From the human T2T-CHM13v2.0 reference genome, Homo sapiens: DNA of 64,000 nucleotides. The position numbers were made by a program, and so were the translations under genes. The stretch lies in assembly GCF_009914755.1 (NCBI RefSeq), contig NC_060929.1; one strand, given 5' to 3'. Each line of letters begins with the position of its first letter. The first letter of the stretch is position 1. Under the pieces are notes generated by a model. The model was not told where the DNA came from, searched no databases, and worked only from the letters and a program-made list of their open reading frames with translations. Below, piece by piece: positions 29,293 to 43,410 of the stretch.

Positions 29293-29665
29293 TATTTTTT
29301 AAATTTTTTGTGGGCACCTAGTAGGTATATATATTTATGGAGTACATGAGATGTTTTGATACAGGCATGCAATGTGAAATAAGCACATCATAGAAAATGG
29401 GGTATCCATCTTCTCAATCCTTTGAGTTACAAACAATTCAATTACATTCTTTATTTTAAAATATACAACTAAGTTTTTAATGACTATAGTCACCCCAATG
29501 TGCTATCAAATAGTAAGCCTTATTTATTCTTTTTACATATTATTTTTTACCCATTAACCATACTTACTCTTCCCCCCAATCCTCTACTACCCTTTCCAGC
29601 CTCTGGTAATCATTCTTCCTTCTACTCTCTATGTCCATGAGTTAAACTGATTTAATTTTTAGATA
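29293..29665 (-). mobile_element. L1MA (MA2/3-like) 3' end
   Basis: TTTTTGTGGGCACCTAGTAGGTATATATATTTATGG..GATACAGGCATGCAATG..CCAGCCTCTGGTAA. Confidence 0.85.
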
Positions 29666-29940
29666 AAAAATATTGTGGTGGGGGAAGCAGCTGAGGATCT
29701 CCATAGGCAATGTCTTCCTCCCACTTGCTCCCAACTTCTTGCTTATTTATTTTATCTTTTATCTTCTGCTTGATTAAATTGCAGTTCGCTACTGGAAATA
29801 ATTAGCACTGAGCATTTATGGGACTGTTTAGCTTTTCCTTTACGGCTTTGTGCCCATTAGGGAATCACCAAAATGGTGAAGTATAGTCATTTTCCCAGCC
29901 CCTTACAGTGACTCAGAAGAGGTCAGGTGGGGACTTCTAA

Positions 29941-30489
<549 letters not shown>

Positions 30490-30980
30490 AATCATTTTCT
30501 TTTATCATATATTTGATTTGTATAGTTTTGTTGTGTTTTGTTTAACTTTTTGATTCTCCCCATTGCTTGATTTTCTCATAAACAGCTTTTACTATTTTAA
30601 CGTAAGTTAACTAGCTTAGAATTAATGTCTAGAAAAGATAACCTTCTAAATGACTAAAATATGAATGTATTTACAGAAGGACTGCTGTGATCAGTGTTAA
30701 TGGACAAAATATATGAAAAGAGTAAAGGGGTCATTGATTCTTTCTCCATGTTTTTTTTCTCATTGCATGTTTATATTTATTTCCTTGATATAGTGTTCTC
30801 GCCTGGAAGAGTCTGTCTTCTCTTTCATTGTGTACTTTGAGTATTCACAGCATATTATACCAGTGTTCTTAGGAGGCACTTGAATCTCCGTATTCTCATT
30901 ACTCACAGAGAAGAAAGAACAAGAAGGTGTGGTTGAATTCTGACAAGGGACTTTCTCCTTCCTCCATTTCTCAGCTCATT

Positions 30981-31011
30981 ACACACACACATACACACAC
31001 ACACACACACA

Positions 31012-31048
<37 letters not shown>

Positions 31049-31054
31049 TCTCTC
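30981..31054. repeat. Compound (CA)n(CT)n microsatellite
   Basis: Direct reading. Confidence 0.98.
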
Positions 31055-31077
31055 CAATGTGTGTGGTCATCATAGAA

Positions 31078-31566
31078 TGTTGGGAGCAGGCCCTCAAATC
31101 TGGCTATAAACTGGCCCCAAAACCGGCCATAAACAAAATCTCTGCAGCACTGTGACATGCTCGTGATGACCTTGGCGCCCATGCTGGAAGGTTGGCAGTT
31201 TACTGGAATAAGGGCAAGGAACACCTGGCCCATCCAGGGCAGAAAACCACTTAAGGCGTCTTAAACCACAAACTATAGCATAAGCAATCTGTGCCTTAAG
31301 GACATGTTCATGCTGCAGATAACTAGCCAGACCCATCCCTTTGTTTCGTCCCATCCCTTTATTTCCCATAAGCAATACTTTTAGTAAACCTTATTACTGG
31401 CTTGCTGTCAATAGATATGTGGGTAAATCTCTGTTCTGGGCTCTCAGCTCTGAAGGCTGTGAGACCCCTGATTTCCCACTCCACACTCTATGTTTCTATG
31501 TGTGTGTGTCTTTAATTCCTCTAGCACCGCTGGGTTAGGGTCTCCACAACTGAGCTGGTCTCGGCA
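31078..31566 (+). mobile_element. MER9 solo LTR (HERV-K HML-3, ERVK)
   Basis: TGTTGGGAGCAGGCCC..AAACTGGCCCCAAAA..GGTCTCGGCA; 6-bp TSD ATAGAA/ATAGAC, as expected for betaretrovirus-like ERVs. Confidence 0.88.
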
Positions 31567-32093
31567 ATAGACTACAATTTTCTCTTAGCTGTGAAATCAG
31601 AAATACAGTGTTCAGAGATTTCCTTTGTGGCTCAACTTTCCCCACTGAAGTCATGTGATATGAGTCCTTATTAAGATCCTCCTCTGGAAAAGGTAATGGC
31701 CACTATCAAGAAAGTTGATGGGTTTCACTGAAGACAGCACCTACTGCTAGCGAGAAGTAAAATTAGAAAGCAGATGGTTACCTGCAAAGAAAAGGCCTAA
31801 TTCAGGAAGTTAGCCAAGGCTGCTGTGCTGGTGATGTTGCCAAGACTCCCCAGTATTCTTCACAGCTGCAGGGTTCCATTAAGTTAATAGGAGACTCCTA
31901 CAATGGCCAGAAATTAATTCAGTCTTTTTGTTTAGCATTGAAAGTTATACTGACTTTATCAAAGTCAAGATGCCAAGCATTAATTGAATACAATTGCCCT
32001 AGTAATGTCATAATTTCAGGATTCTGCAGTGTACCTCCACAGAGGATATGACACCTTTAAAAATATTTGGAAAAACTGTGCACACATGTGCCT

Positions 32094-32230
32094 ACACACA
32101 CACACACACACACACTTAGAAGATACACATATAGGAGAGTATATATACATATATCAAGTAGGATATATATATAAATTTTTTTATATGTTTATATTTATAT
32201 ATTGTATATATTGTATATTTATGTATGTAT
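32094..32230. repeat. (CA)n plus TA-rich low complexity
   Basis: Direct reading. Confidence 0.85.
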
Positions 32231-33013
32231 GGAAAGTGCCCAAAAGAAATCATTTGATTTATGATTGTGAAGCTGACAATCAATTTATATTCTGACAAAG
32301 TGGCCATTATATTAAAATGTATCCTATATTTGTTGAATGAATGATACTAGAAGATAATGGTTTTATTATAATTTGTGCTACTATAAACAAATATAAATTG
32401 TCAATAGTTTATAACTAATTAAGCAACTAGTTAGTCTAAACAGAATGAGTATGAGCTAGAAATTATTACCACAAAGGAAAACAAAACAATAAAATGTAAT
32501 TTATATAAAAGAGCTAGCCCAGAGTCACTATTTAATAAATGGTAGCTTTTGTGATAATAATGATTCTAAAGTATTTTCTTTTCAACTATTGTTTCTGTAT
32601 AATACTAACTTCCGAAAAATACACTAAAGCAGTATGTACTAGAAAAACATTCTTAAGGAACTTAGTAACTACTTAATAAAAGCTGAAACAGAGTGAGAGA
32701 GTTATGTTACAAAGGATTAGAGGTAAACTGGGATAGGGAATCATCCAGGAAATGATGAACTAAGGGAATCCATTGCAACTGAGCACAAAACTTATCTCTG
32801 AATATAAGTCAAGGAAAGAAGAAAAACATAATGAGACATAGCTTTAATAACTGAAAAACAAAGAATCATACCAATTTTCCAGAAGAGACAAATACTCCCG
32901 TATCTATGCAATCCATCAGAAATTTATCTCGTATTTCTATAAATAGAATGTGCTACTTCCAGTTTGCTAGGGGCTGTTCCAATATAAAGCCTGTAATTAT
33001 CTATGTAAAACTT

Positions 33014-33264
33014 TCTTTTTGTGTGTGTGTGTTCTCACTCATAGGTGGGAATTGGAAGGGGAACATCACACACCGGGGCCTGTTGTGGGGTGGGGGTGGG
33101 GGAAGGGGGAAGGATAGCATTAGGAGATATACCTAATGTAAATGATGAGTTAATAGGTGCAGCACACCAACATGGCACATGTATACACATGTAATAAACC
33201 TGCACGTCGTGCCCATGTACCCTAGAACTTAAAGTAAATAAAAATATATATATTATATATAAAA
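33014..33264 (+). mobile_element. L1PA (PA4/5-like) 3' tip
   Basis: TTCTCACTCATAGGTGGGAATTG..ATAGCATTAGGAGATATACCTAATGTAAATGA..GAACTTAAAGTA; perfect 15-bp TSD ATCTATGTAAAACTT. Confidence 0.95.
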
Positions 33265-33354
33265 ATCTATGTAAAACTTCCACTCAAAAATGTTAATGTT
33301 TACAAAATAAATTACATGGTCATCCTCTTTAATAGCAGAAAAGGTACGGAAACA

Positions 33355-34725
33355 CATGGATTAATCTAGTTTTAATGAGGCCTGAAATATATTGGAGGCC
33401 TTTTTAAAGAAACAGAATATACAATTATATATACAATATTAGAAAATATTTATTTTGTGAAAAAATAAATCTCACAAATTGATACTTGAAAACTTGACAA
33501 AAAAACTAACAGTCTGCAGTAACTCAATATTTTTGCCTATGTTTGTTGACTGTATTCTCTAGGAACACCTCTTCCTAGGACAACAATTTTATTGTATTAT
33601 CTATAAAGAGAATAGCACAATTAAATGTTTTTATTATTACTGATAGTTGTAAGAAGTTTATTAGAGCTTCATCATTTGTAATGCCACATAAATTTTTAGT
33701 ATTGTTGTCAAATTTGGGAAAATTTCAATCAAGTTCCTTTTATATATGAGCTGTAAGAATTCAGGAAATTTATATTTTAAGTTCTCTTGGAATGACTAAT
33801 TTTAAGTATTTCTTAAACTGACAGCATACGTCAAGCCAATACGGTATCAATGCTTTGGTTCCTGTAATGTATGAGTCTTGTTGTCTCTATTAATGTCAGC
33901 AATTCCTGTCAAATTGAAGTTGAATCAGCAAGAAATGTAAACACTTTCTATGTATTCACATAATGAATTCCTCTTCATTTACTGGATTATCAAACAATCC
34001 AGAAGTCTATTTGTTACTTCTATAAGAAATTTATCTTTCTTCTTCAGGATTTTACTGTTTTAAGTATGATCTAGTTAGTATTTTATCTGAAAGATCAAGA
34101 GTTCAGCAAGAGAAGAGCTGTTGGATAAAAAGATACGATCTGAAACACTGGAATGCATAAAACATGCAACTTCACACACACTTACTTGCTGTTTATAGTA
34201 CTTCTACAGGTTTGTGTCTTACAAAGACAGGAATTCTGATAGATCTTTTTCTCTATATTCCCATGGGGGAAAAATGTCCTGCGGTTGTTTAAATTATTTA
34301 TGCTATGTTAAGTTTATTCCTGGCAGGGAGAAATTTCTATATTTACTTCGCATCAATGGGAACAGAATTGTCTGCTAACCATTTTGCATGTTTTATAGTT
34401 AGAAGAGACTGCCATCACACAATACAACCCATTATATTTCAAATAAAGGTTTGACCAACCCAAATTCCTCCTAGATACCTAACATTTCTGGGGCCACACT
34501 AACTTCACCAGACAAGGAAAGAATTGTGTCAAAGGAGAAGGTGGAATGAACTCAGGCAGTGGTTTTAATAAGTTGTTGAGAAAATATTTTATTTCTGGAA
34601 ATTTTATGAAATTTTCTACTTTATGAACCCAGTGTAAGGGCCCCTCTCAGAGCTGAGGAAGGTACCTATGGGAGTAACAAGCCCTGAAGGCATAACTTCA
34701 TTGTCTCCATGGTAAATCTGACTGG
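33355..34725. mobile_element. Zaphod-family (hAT-Tip100) DNA transposon remnant
   Basis: GGCCTGAA..GGCCTTTTTAAAGAAACAGAATA left end; GGGCCCCT..GCCCTGAAG..CTTCATT..GGTAAATCTG right end. Confidence 0.55.
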
Positions 34726-37494
34726 GCAGATGTGATACACGGGGACTTCCATTAATGCAGATCTCAGTAAAGTCCTAGGGCCACGAGTTAAGTAGGAGTC
34801 AACCCTACGAAGTCTTGAAATACAGCTTTGTAGGTTGTTTTACTATAAGGAATCTAGAAAAATTAATGTTTAGAATATCCTAGTTTAATATCAATACTCT
34901 AAGCAAAATTTTTTTATGAAACAATTTAAAATTGAGATAGGTAGGGAAGGAATTCTGTATCACCAATCTGAAAGATATCTACATGTCTGAACATGTAATA
35001 TGATATATTCAGACTTTAATTTTACTAGTATCATCTTCCATAAGGGCGGCCCTGGTATTTTCCAATCTGATCTCCAGAATATTGACTTTGCTGGGCAGAG
35101 GCTAATAACGAATATATTTATATATCAAAACATATGTCTTTTATTCGGGATTTTATGAAGTTATCTGGAGTTATAGAACATGACTGAGCCTACTCTACTC
35201 CTCTGCATAAGGACTACAGATATCAACATTGACAATTAGTTAAGAAAAATAATTTCCTATGTCAAAGTATGTGACATTGCCAGTTTTATAAAATGCCTGC
35301 ATAGGAAGAAATTATTTGCAGTGGATCTTGAGAAAGTAATTGGCTCAAAGGAAAGACACTTTAAATAGGAGAAAACAACTTGACAAAAATTGTGAAGATA
35401 GGACATGTTTTCTTAAAACAATACACTTTTTGAAAGCAGTAACACTTTCTCTATTAAAAATGAATTTCAGTAGTCTTAAAGTCCCTAATCATTCCCATTA
35501 TAATAGTTTTCTCTCAAAATTACTGAGAAAAATAAACAAAAGGAAAAAGCAAATGGCTTATTTCATGAATTATTTACATCTTTACTAAGAAAACAAAGGA
35601 GTTGAGAAGAGAAAAGGCTTGGCTTCAAGACTCTGATCTTTCTGGCTAGCATGGAGAGCTCCATGCATGAGAGGACAAGGAAACCCAAGAGGTTCTCTGG
35701 GGCTTGTGAAAAGAAAAAGGGACAATTGGGGCCTCTTTTTGAGGAAGCACAGAAAAAACAATCCTTTTGTTTCCCGTCTTGAGGGGAAACATGGTGTGGG
35801 CCTCACTCAATGATTTTATCTTCTCAATCATCAGTATTATGCTGATGATTGAGATCATAAGGCCTGATATTCAAGGCTTGGAATAGTAGTCTCGCGTTTC
35901 ATTTTCTCCTGTCCTTCTGAATATCTTCTTGGTCTATTTTCTCCTTATCCCATGTATTCTGAGTTGTGATGTTATCATTCATTAAATTATGTTTAACTTT
36001 TCTAGCATCCTTCAGGATGCTAGACAATTAGCAAACGTGTATGATATGTTTTCGTAGACAAACATACATCTATATCTGACTAATGCAAGAATTTGTACTT
36101 TGTAATTTCTGTGCAGAGTCTTGCCCCAGCCCTGAAGAAGTAGAGAAACATCATTACAAAATATTGTAGGTAATTAAAGTATTGTAATTGAGGATTATTC
36201 TCCCAAAACATACCTACAATACTTGTATTTTCTATTTTTAAACCAAAGACTCACTTTCTCTTCTATAGTCAATAATAGAGGAAATACATTTTTAACATTA
36301 TTGCCATCTTTATATAACATTGGAATGAATTTCTTCCTCCAAATCTAATTTTTAAAAATAAATTGCATAATATGTTTTCAAGTATAGTGTGAGTCTATAT
36401 TCCATTATTTCAATTGGGAAAAGTCATAATATATTCCTTGCCTAATGAAAAGTCTCAACCACAAATACTATGAAAACTTTCTCGGACATCTAAATATCAC
36501 ATAAGGTAAACTGTTTACAACACCAATTAAGTAATTAATATCTAGCTAGCTTGTTAGTGGCATGTATGTATTCTAAATGCAATGATAACATATAGAATCA
36601 GATACAAACTATATTGCAATAACACATATTGAAATATTAATAAAATTGAAAACATGATTTAGATAGGTAAGAAATGCACACAACAATTAGCAGAATAAAA
36701 TACAACAAAGCCATTATAAGACTGGTTTAAATATTGAAATATGTTCTACTAAAATATTTTCTTATATGGGATATAAAAATTTACAATCACAACAAACATT
36801 TTCAAAATGAGAGTTTGGAGTTAAAAAGCTTCATTTTTACACATTTTAAGCAAAAGGGAAAGAATGATTTCAGTTCAGATTTTTTTTAAAGAAAATATCT
36901 CTAAAAGCATTTCTAAATGTATTGTGAGTGACTGAGTAAAACCTAGCTAATAACTTCAGTTTAGAAATGCAAATTATATTTTACATTATTCACTTTCAAT
37001 AAGCCATCAGTGAAAGGTGATGCCACTGATAATAATTTTTCTTTACCATTAAAAGTAACCAAAAGTTCCTTTCAACACATTTTTATTTCTGCTGTCTATA
37101 AAACAGTTCTTAAATCTGTGACAATTATATTTTTAAAGTTAAAAACTATTTTTTCACAAAAAGCAATGGATTTTTTTAAAAAAAGGAAATATAAGAAAAT
37201 CCACCAGTACTATATATATATAATGACAAAAAAATGGGTCATACTTTTCACATCTTTTTATGATCCCAAGTTATTCTAAAATATGGTTAGATTCTCTTTC
37301 TTAGTGAGATTTAGAATTGGAAATGATCTTGTCAAGCTATCATGTAAAACCTTAGAACATATTTTGCCTAGTAGTGCTTTTCCCAAAGATTAAAAAAGGA
37401 TTAATTTTTTATGCTTTAAAAAAATCATTAGTTCAGATTTTGTTAATTTGAAATTGTTGTCATTTCAACCAGTACTGGACTGAGGTTTGCCTCT

Positions 37495-38200
37495 TTTAAA
37501 TAATATTTATTGAAGCATAACCTACATAAGGAATATGCACAAATTATATGTTACAGTTTGATGAATTTTCACAAACTGAACACACCCAGCTAGATCAAGA
37601 AACAGTATTTCACCAGCCTCCTAGAAGCACTCTCTTGTGACCTCTTCCAGTGAGTACTAACCCCTTGGTCTAAGATTATTCCTGACTTCTAACACCGTAG
37701 ATTAAGTTGGCCTGTTTTTAACTTTACATACAAATCATACAATATGTAGTCACTTTTGTCTGGATTATTTCACTAAGGATTCTCATTGTGAGATTGATCT
37801 ATATTATTGAGAGTAGTTGCCACATTTTTTATTATCATTGCTGTGTAGTATTTCATTGTATGAATGTATCAAAATTCATCTATTCAGTCTTCTGTCATTG
37901 GACATTTGCGTAGTTTCTAATATGGGACTATCATGAATAGTGCTGTGATAAACATTTTATATGTCTTTTGGTGAACCCATGTACACATTGCTGTCCAAAT
38001 AGAAATTGCTGGGTCAAAAGATATGGATATATTCGTGGTTAGTGGATAGTACCAACTAATTTTCCAGAGAGTTTTTCAGTGATTGCATCAAGCTATATCT
38101 CCCACCAAGAGTGTACGTGACTTTTGGTTTCTCCACATTCTCACCCATATTTAGCACTGTCTTTCATTTTCATTTTAATCATTCTGGTGAGGAAATTTGC
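37495..38200 (-). mobile_element. Old L1M (MB-ME) 3' end
   Basis: TTTATTGAAGCATAA..ACAGTTTGATGAATTTTCACAAA..AATTGCTGGGTCA..TCTCCACATTCTC. Confidence 0.8.
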
Positions 38201-38536
38201 CATTTTTATCTGTAAAATCCTTTTCTAAGCAAAGTAGTAATGGAAGTAATGATTAATCATAGCATTGTCTATATTTCCTTGTGCAGTTGTGACTGTTTCA
38301 CCATTTGAAATGGCACACTTTCAGTGTCAAGTGTAGCAATCAATAGATGCTGTTGTATATAATATAGTTATGCGTACCCTTTTTCATTATTTTTTATTCA
38401 AAACACTCAATTTTAGATAGAACACTAGACTCTTCCCTATTTGAGAAGAGTAACCTAAAAAATCATAATAGAAATCTGTTAAATCTTCTTAATGCATTAT
38501 CTATCCAGGATTCTTCACTTCTCTGTAACTATTTTA

Positions 38537-40062
38537 CAGTCATGAGTTGCTTAAGAACAGGGATACCTTCTGAGAAATGCATATGTAGGCAATGCCTTTT
38601 CTTTGGGTGAACGTCATAGACTATATTTATTTTTTATTTTTTATTTTTTTGAGATGGAGTCTCACTGTGTTGCTCAGGATGGAGCGCAGTGGCATGATCT
38701 TGGCTCACTGCAACTTCTGCCACTCAGGTTTGAGCGATTCTTCTGCCTCAACCTCCCTAGTAGCTGGGATTACAGGTGCCTGCCACCACGCCTGGCTAAT
38801 TTTTGTAGTTTTAGTAGAGACCAAGTTTCATCATCTTGGCCAGGCTGGTCTTGAACTCCTGACCTCATGATCCACCCGCATCAGCCCCAGAAAGTGCTGG
38901 GATTACAGATGTGAGCCACTGTGCCCAGCCCATAGACTATATTTAAACAAATCTAGATGGTAGAGCCTACTAAGCACCTAGGCTATATGCAATGGCCCAT
39001 TGCTCCTAGGCTAAAAACCTGCACAACACATTACTGGACTAAATTTTGTAAGCAATTATAACACAATGCTAATATTTGTGTATCTAAACACAGAAAAAGA
39101 ACAGTCAAAATACAGTATGGAAGCTAAAAAGTGGCCCAACTATACGAGGCTTTTATCACAAATGAAGCCGGAAGTTGCCCCAGTGAGTCAGGGAGTACGT
39201 GATGAGTGACTGAAGTCTTAGGACATAACTGTTACACTACTGTAAACTTGATAAGCACTGTACATTTAGGCTACACTAAATTTGGAAAAACATATTTTTT
39301 ATTCTTCAATAATAAATTAACTTTCACTTACTATAACTTTTTTACTTTATAACCTTTTCAATTCCTTAACTTTTAACACTTAGTTTAAAATACAAATGCA
39401 TTGTACAGCTATACAAAAATATTTTGTCTATATACTTACTCTTTAAGATTTTTTATTTTCAAAATTAAAAAAATTTAATTTTAAAGCTTTTCAAATTAAA
39501 AACTGAAACACAAATACACACATTAGCCTAAGGCACATAGGGTCAGGATCAGCAATATCATCATCTTCCATCTCTATATCTTGTCCCACTGGAAGTCTTC
39601 ATCTCCTATAAGAAGAATGCCTTCTGGAATACTTCCTGAAAGACCTGCGCGAGGCTTTAATAGTCAATTTTTTTAATAAGTAGTTTTTTAAATAATAAGT
39701 TTATATAATAATATGTTTATATGATATATAGTAACATACATTTTTTAAATAAGTAGTCTTAAGTAGTTTTTAAAAATAACAATAAAATGTAGAATATATA
39801 TTAAATACATAAACCAGTTAACATAGTCATTTATTATCAAGTATTATGTACTGTACATAATTGTATGTGCTATACTTTTCTATGACTGGCAATTCAGTAT
39901 GTTTGTTTACACCAGCATCACCCCAAACACATAAGTGATGTGCTTCACTATGACTTTCATGTCACTACGTGATAGGAAGTTTTCAGCTCCAATGTAATTT
40001 TATGGGACTACTGTCATCTATGCAATCTGTTATTGATCAAAATGTTATGTGGTACATGACTG
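38537..40062 (-). mobile_element. Tigger3b (MER7B/Golem-derived) DNA transposon
   Basis: TA|CAGTCATG..CATGACTG|TA TIRs and TA TSD; internal CCTAGGCTATA..TTGCTCCTAGGCTA; contains an Alu. Confidence 0.88.
38630..38930 (-). mobile_element. AluS (Sg-like) nested in Tigger3b
   Basis: 15-bp TSD CATAGACTATATTTA. Confidence 0.95.
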
Positions 40063-40145
40063 TATTTTAAAAATTGAATACATTTAGAAATAAGTGAGGA
40101 AAATGTTTAGATCCTTCTAATAGATATCATGTGGTACCTTTTAAA

Positions 40146-40269
40146 TAGGGTGACCTAAATTTCAGGTTGCCTGGGATAGTCCTCCAGGTTTGCAGCTCTT
40201 GCCCTGGAGGAGTGCCCCTTTGACTTACAAAGGTATCCTAGTTTGGATAATATATTTATGAACACCCTA
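40146..40269 (-). mobile_element. MER94-like hAT-Blackjack MITE
   Basis: TAGGGTGACC..CACCCTA terminal inverted repeats, ~125 bp. Confidence 0.7.
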
Positions 40270-41649
40270 CTCATACGAAAAACAAGCTCATCTCCTAACA
40301 TTCTGATTAGTTTAAGTAAGAAACAGATCCTGTCTTTGAGTGGCTTATAGCCTAGAGTAATTTTCTACTTCAGGTTTGTCTGACTCAGCTCACATTTGAT
40401 GAACTTTATTTGGGAAAAAAATGTTTCATGTTGACTTAATACTGTATGATTTCAAAGTTAGTTGCATAAAATAAATTTGAGATTTCATATTTGTCCTTTT
40501 TGCTGGTTTGAGATCTTAAGCAACACTTTTCAGTGTTTCAGAATGGAATTATGTTGCCTTACCATTACCCTTATTTCTAAATGTGAATTCATTTATTGAA
40601 CTGGAACATTTTCTCTCAATAATATTTTTAAAAATGTTTTCTTTCATTGCTTGATTTCCTTTATTTGTTAAATTTTCTCTCAAAGCAGCACAAACATTGT
40701 GTATTTTTTTAAATGACGCTTTGTATTCATTTGAATGTTCTTTTAAGAGAAATGACAGCACATATTAAATGCTTTGTGATAATGCAATGTAGCATAAGCT
40801 GGAGACAAAATAAGAGTATATGAGTGCATATAAAGGATGTAAGTATTGAAATTCCTTTTGCAGCCTGAATATATTAGAACATACTATTTTATATACCAAA
40901 TCCTTGGATTTATGTGGATTACATTATGATATGAGAAGTTTGCCCTGAGTAGTTCTGGCTGTTTTAACTTAATAAAATGGGTATTTGGAGCTTAAAACAC
41001 TGACCAGGGATGAAGTGTATCTCAAAGGCAGACTCAGAATTAGCTTCCTTGTAAGAAATATGAATTTGATATTTAAGGGACCAATCTGTGCTTATTAATC
41101 ATAATGAAAATACGGATACAATGTAATCTGGTGGGTGGTTTTGCATCCACGACCAGTAAGTTTGTAGTCTTCCAGCCACCATATCTTAATAAACAGTATC
41201 TCAGGATCCTTTCTCTTACACAATCTCCATCGGGTCGAACTATTTGCAACTAGAAATATATACTTTCATGTCCACAATTTGGATTACAGCTGTTCGTAAT
41301 AATGGTCATGTTACATCTTTGCTCACCCATAACCATGATCTCATTATACTACACTCCTAAGACACAGAATGATCCTAACCTACAAACCAATGATAGTGGA
41401 AGTGCTCAGCAGGGAGGAACTTCAGAAATGAGCAGTGGAAATTATGGGGAGTGATCATTAATAGGAACATTATCAGATATCAAGTAAGTGATGATAAAAC
41501 AAAAAACCATGCAGACAAATCATTGTTTTAAAACCACGAAATAGTTGCCTGGAACTGTCTTCATTCAAAATGCTATGGAGTAAATATACCCATGTATTGC
41601 TCTTTATATAGTCTATTGTCCTTTGTGCAGCATGATCTTTTGGTGAATG

Positions 41650-41870
41650 GTGGGGATCTGAAATCAGCCAGAACTGATTTCGAATCTCTGAGGCTTTAGA
41701 TAGGTTGCTATTTCTCTAACTCTCACTAGTTTCACATGTAATCTGGAGGTGATAATAATAACAATTTTCTTATGATGTTATGCATATTTATTGAAATGAT
41801 GTATACAAAGCACTTATCACAGTCATGGCACTTAGTAAATATTCTATAAATGATAGTTATAATTTATTAT
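41650..41870 (+). mobile_element. MIR
   Basis: GATAATAATAAC..AAAGCACTTATCACAGT..GGCACTTAGTAA..TAAATGATAGTTAT. Confidence 0.65.
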
Positions 41871-42229
41871 TTTAGTCTTGTGCTCATGCTAAGACAGCAT
41901 TGCAGAATAATCAAAGTTGCTCAAAAAATCCCTAGGAAATCTAGAAAATTATTTAAAAATACTGTTATCAAATTTTGAATACTTTTATTCAGGCCTTTCT
42001 GAGGGCAAAAAAAAAAAATAATCACAAACAAATAAACCCCAACTTGGGGATATACTAAACAAAAATATATCCACTAATTAATGTTAATAAACACTGTGGG
42101 CATGGCATTCCTATTACTCCTCCTCCTACCCGGGAGATTGTAGAAATGCTTTGTCTGGCATGACTAAGGATCTTGCTCAGATCCAGTTGTTCTCTGTCGA
42201 TTCATTTGCTAGCTCTTTTCCATATGCTA

Positions 42230-42430
42230 CACTATGGGGTTCCAGATTAAAGTCCTGAACTTACTGCTTCCTAGATTGTGATTTTGAGCAAGATAACTAC
42301 TTTTTTACACCTTTTTTTTCTTCTAACATGGAGGTCAATATAAAGCACAACTGTGTGACATTATCGTGAAGGATAAATAAGGTAAGGCCTAACATATTGT
42401 AAAGAGCAAGTAGAAGTTAGCTAACTACTT
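42230..42430 (+). mobile_element. MIR (degenerate)
   Basis: CTAGATTGTGATTTTGAGCAAGATAACT..GTGAAGGATAAATAAG. Confidence 0.45.
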
Positions 42431-43026
42431 GTGCTTTAATAGTCACTAACTCTGGAATAGGTTTACCACCAGCTTCAGTTCATTTTTAGTGTCTCTGAAA
42501 TTGCTGAAGGTTCAGACATGAGGTAATCATTTTAATTAATTATTTCCATGAATCTATGGAGTGCTAGAATTTTAGGAGGCTTGCTTGCTTTTCAAATGCT
42601 GCCTGAAGCTGCTTATTAGGAGGAATGTCCTCTGCGCCCTGCATTCGCTTGCTCATTCTCTCTGTTCTCTGTGCTCTCTGATCTGTGTCGCGTCTCTCTC
42701 TGAACTGTGCTGCCAAAGTGGGAGATTTTTGTTTTTCAGCTCGAGCTTTAAGTAGGAAAAGAGTTGCTTCTAGGTCATATATGATCTCAGAATGATTCCT
42801 TGGCTGTACACAGAAATTCTGGACTGTAAGTTACTTTCTACAGCTACAATTTTGAAGAACCACCCTAGTGGCAGCGACTTAGGAATTTGCTATCTATTTC
42901 AATTCACCATTATAACGAATTATCATGTAGACTATTTATCTACATTGAAGTAACACATGGGCTTCAATAACAATATATCATACCTTATGATTTCAAATTA
43001 TATTATGAATTTTCTAGTTTGTAAGA

Positions 43027-43410
43027 TTCATTTATTCATTTCACTCATTCAACAAATATTTATTAAGCACCTTCCATGTGCTACATACTATTTTAGGTAT
43101 TAGAGGTTCATTAGGGAACATAGGTGGAGTATGTTAAGTGCAGAAGTTTTAATTTTGAATATTGGCTCAGAGATAACATTTGAGTAAAGGTAAAATAGCA
43201 AGCCAGTTGATATTTGGGGAAAGAGTATTTCAGACAGAGGAAAAACAAGCACAAAGACCTGGAAATAGAAGTGTGTCTGAAGTCTTCATGCAGCTGCAGG
43301 CTGAGCAAGAAGACGAGTATAAGATATAAGACCAGAGAAATATGTAGGGATGAGGACAAAATGGGCTTATGCCCCTAAGTCATTGAAAGAATTTTGGCTT
43401 TTACTTTGGG
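43027..43410 (-). mobile_element. L2 3' end
   Basis: TTCATTTATTCATT..CATTCAACAAATATTTATTAAGCACC..ATGTGC. Confidence 0.8.

Noticed and set aside
42475-42530. Minus-strand peptide MITSCLNLQ resembling MSSACLNLQ at 13396
   Set aside because: Very short match that ends at a stop within a few codons, with no wider nucleotide similarity; likely chance
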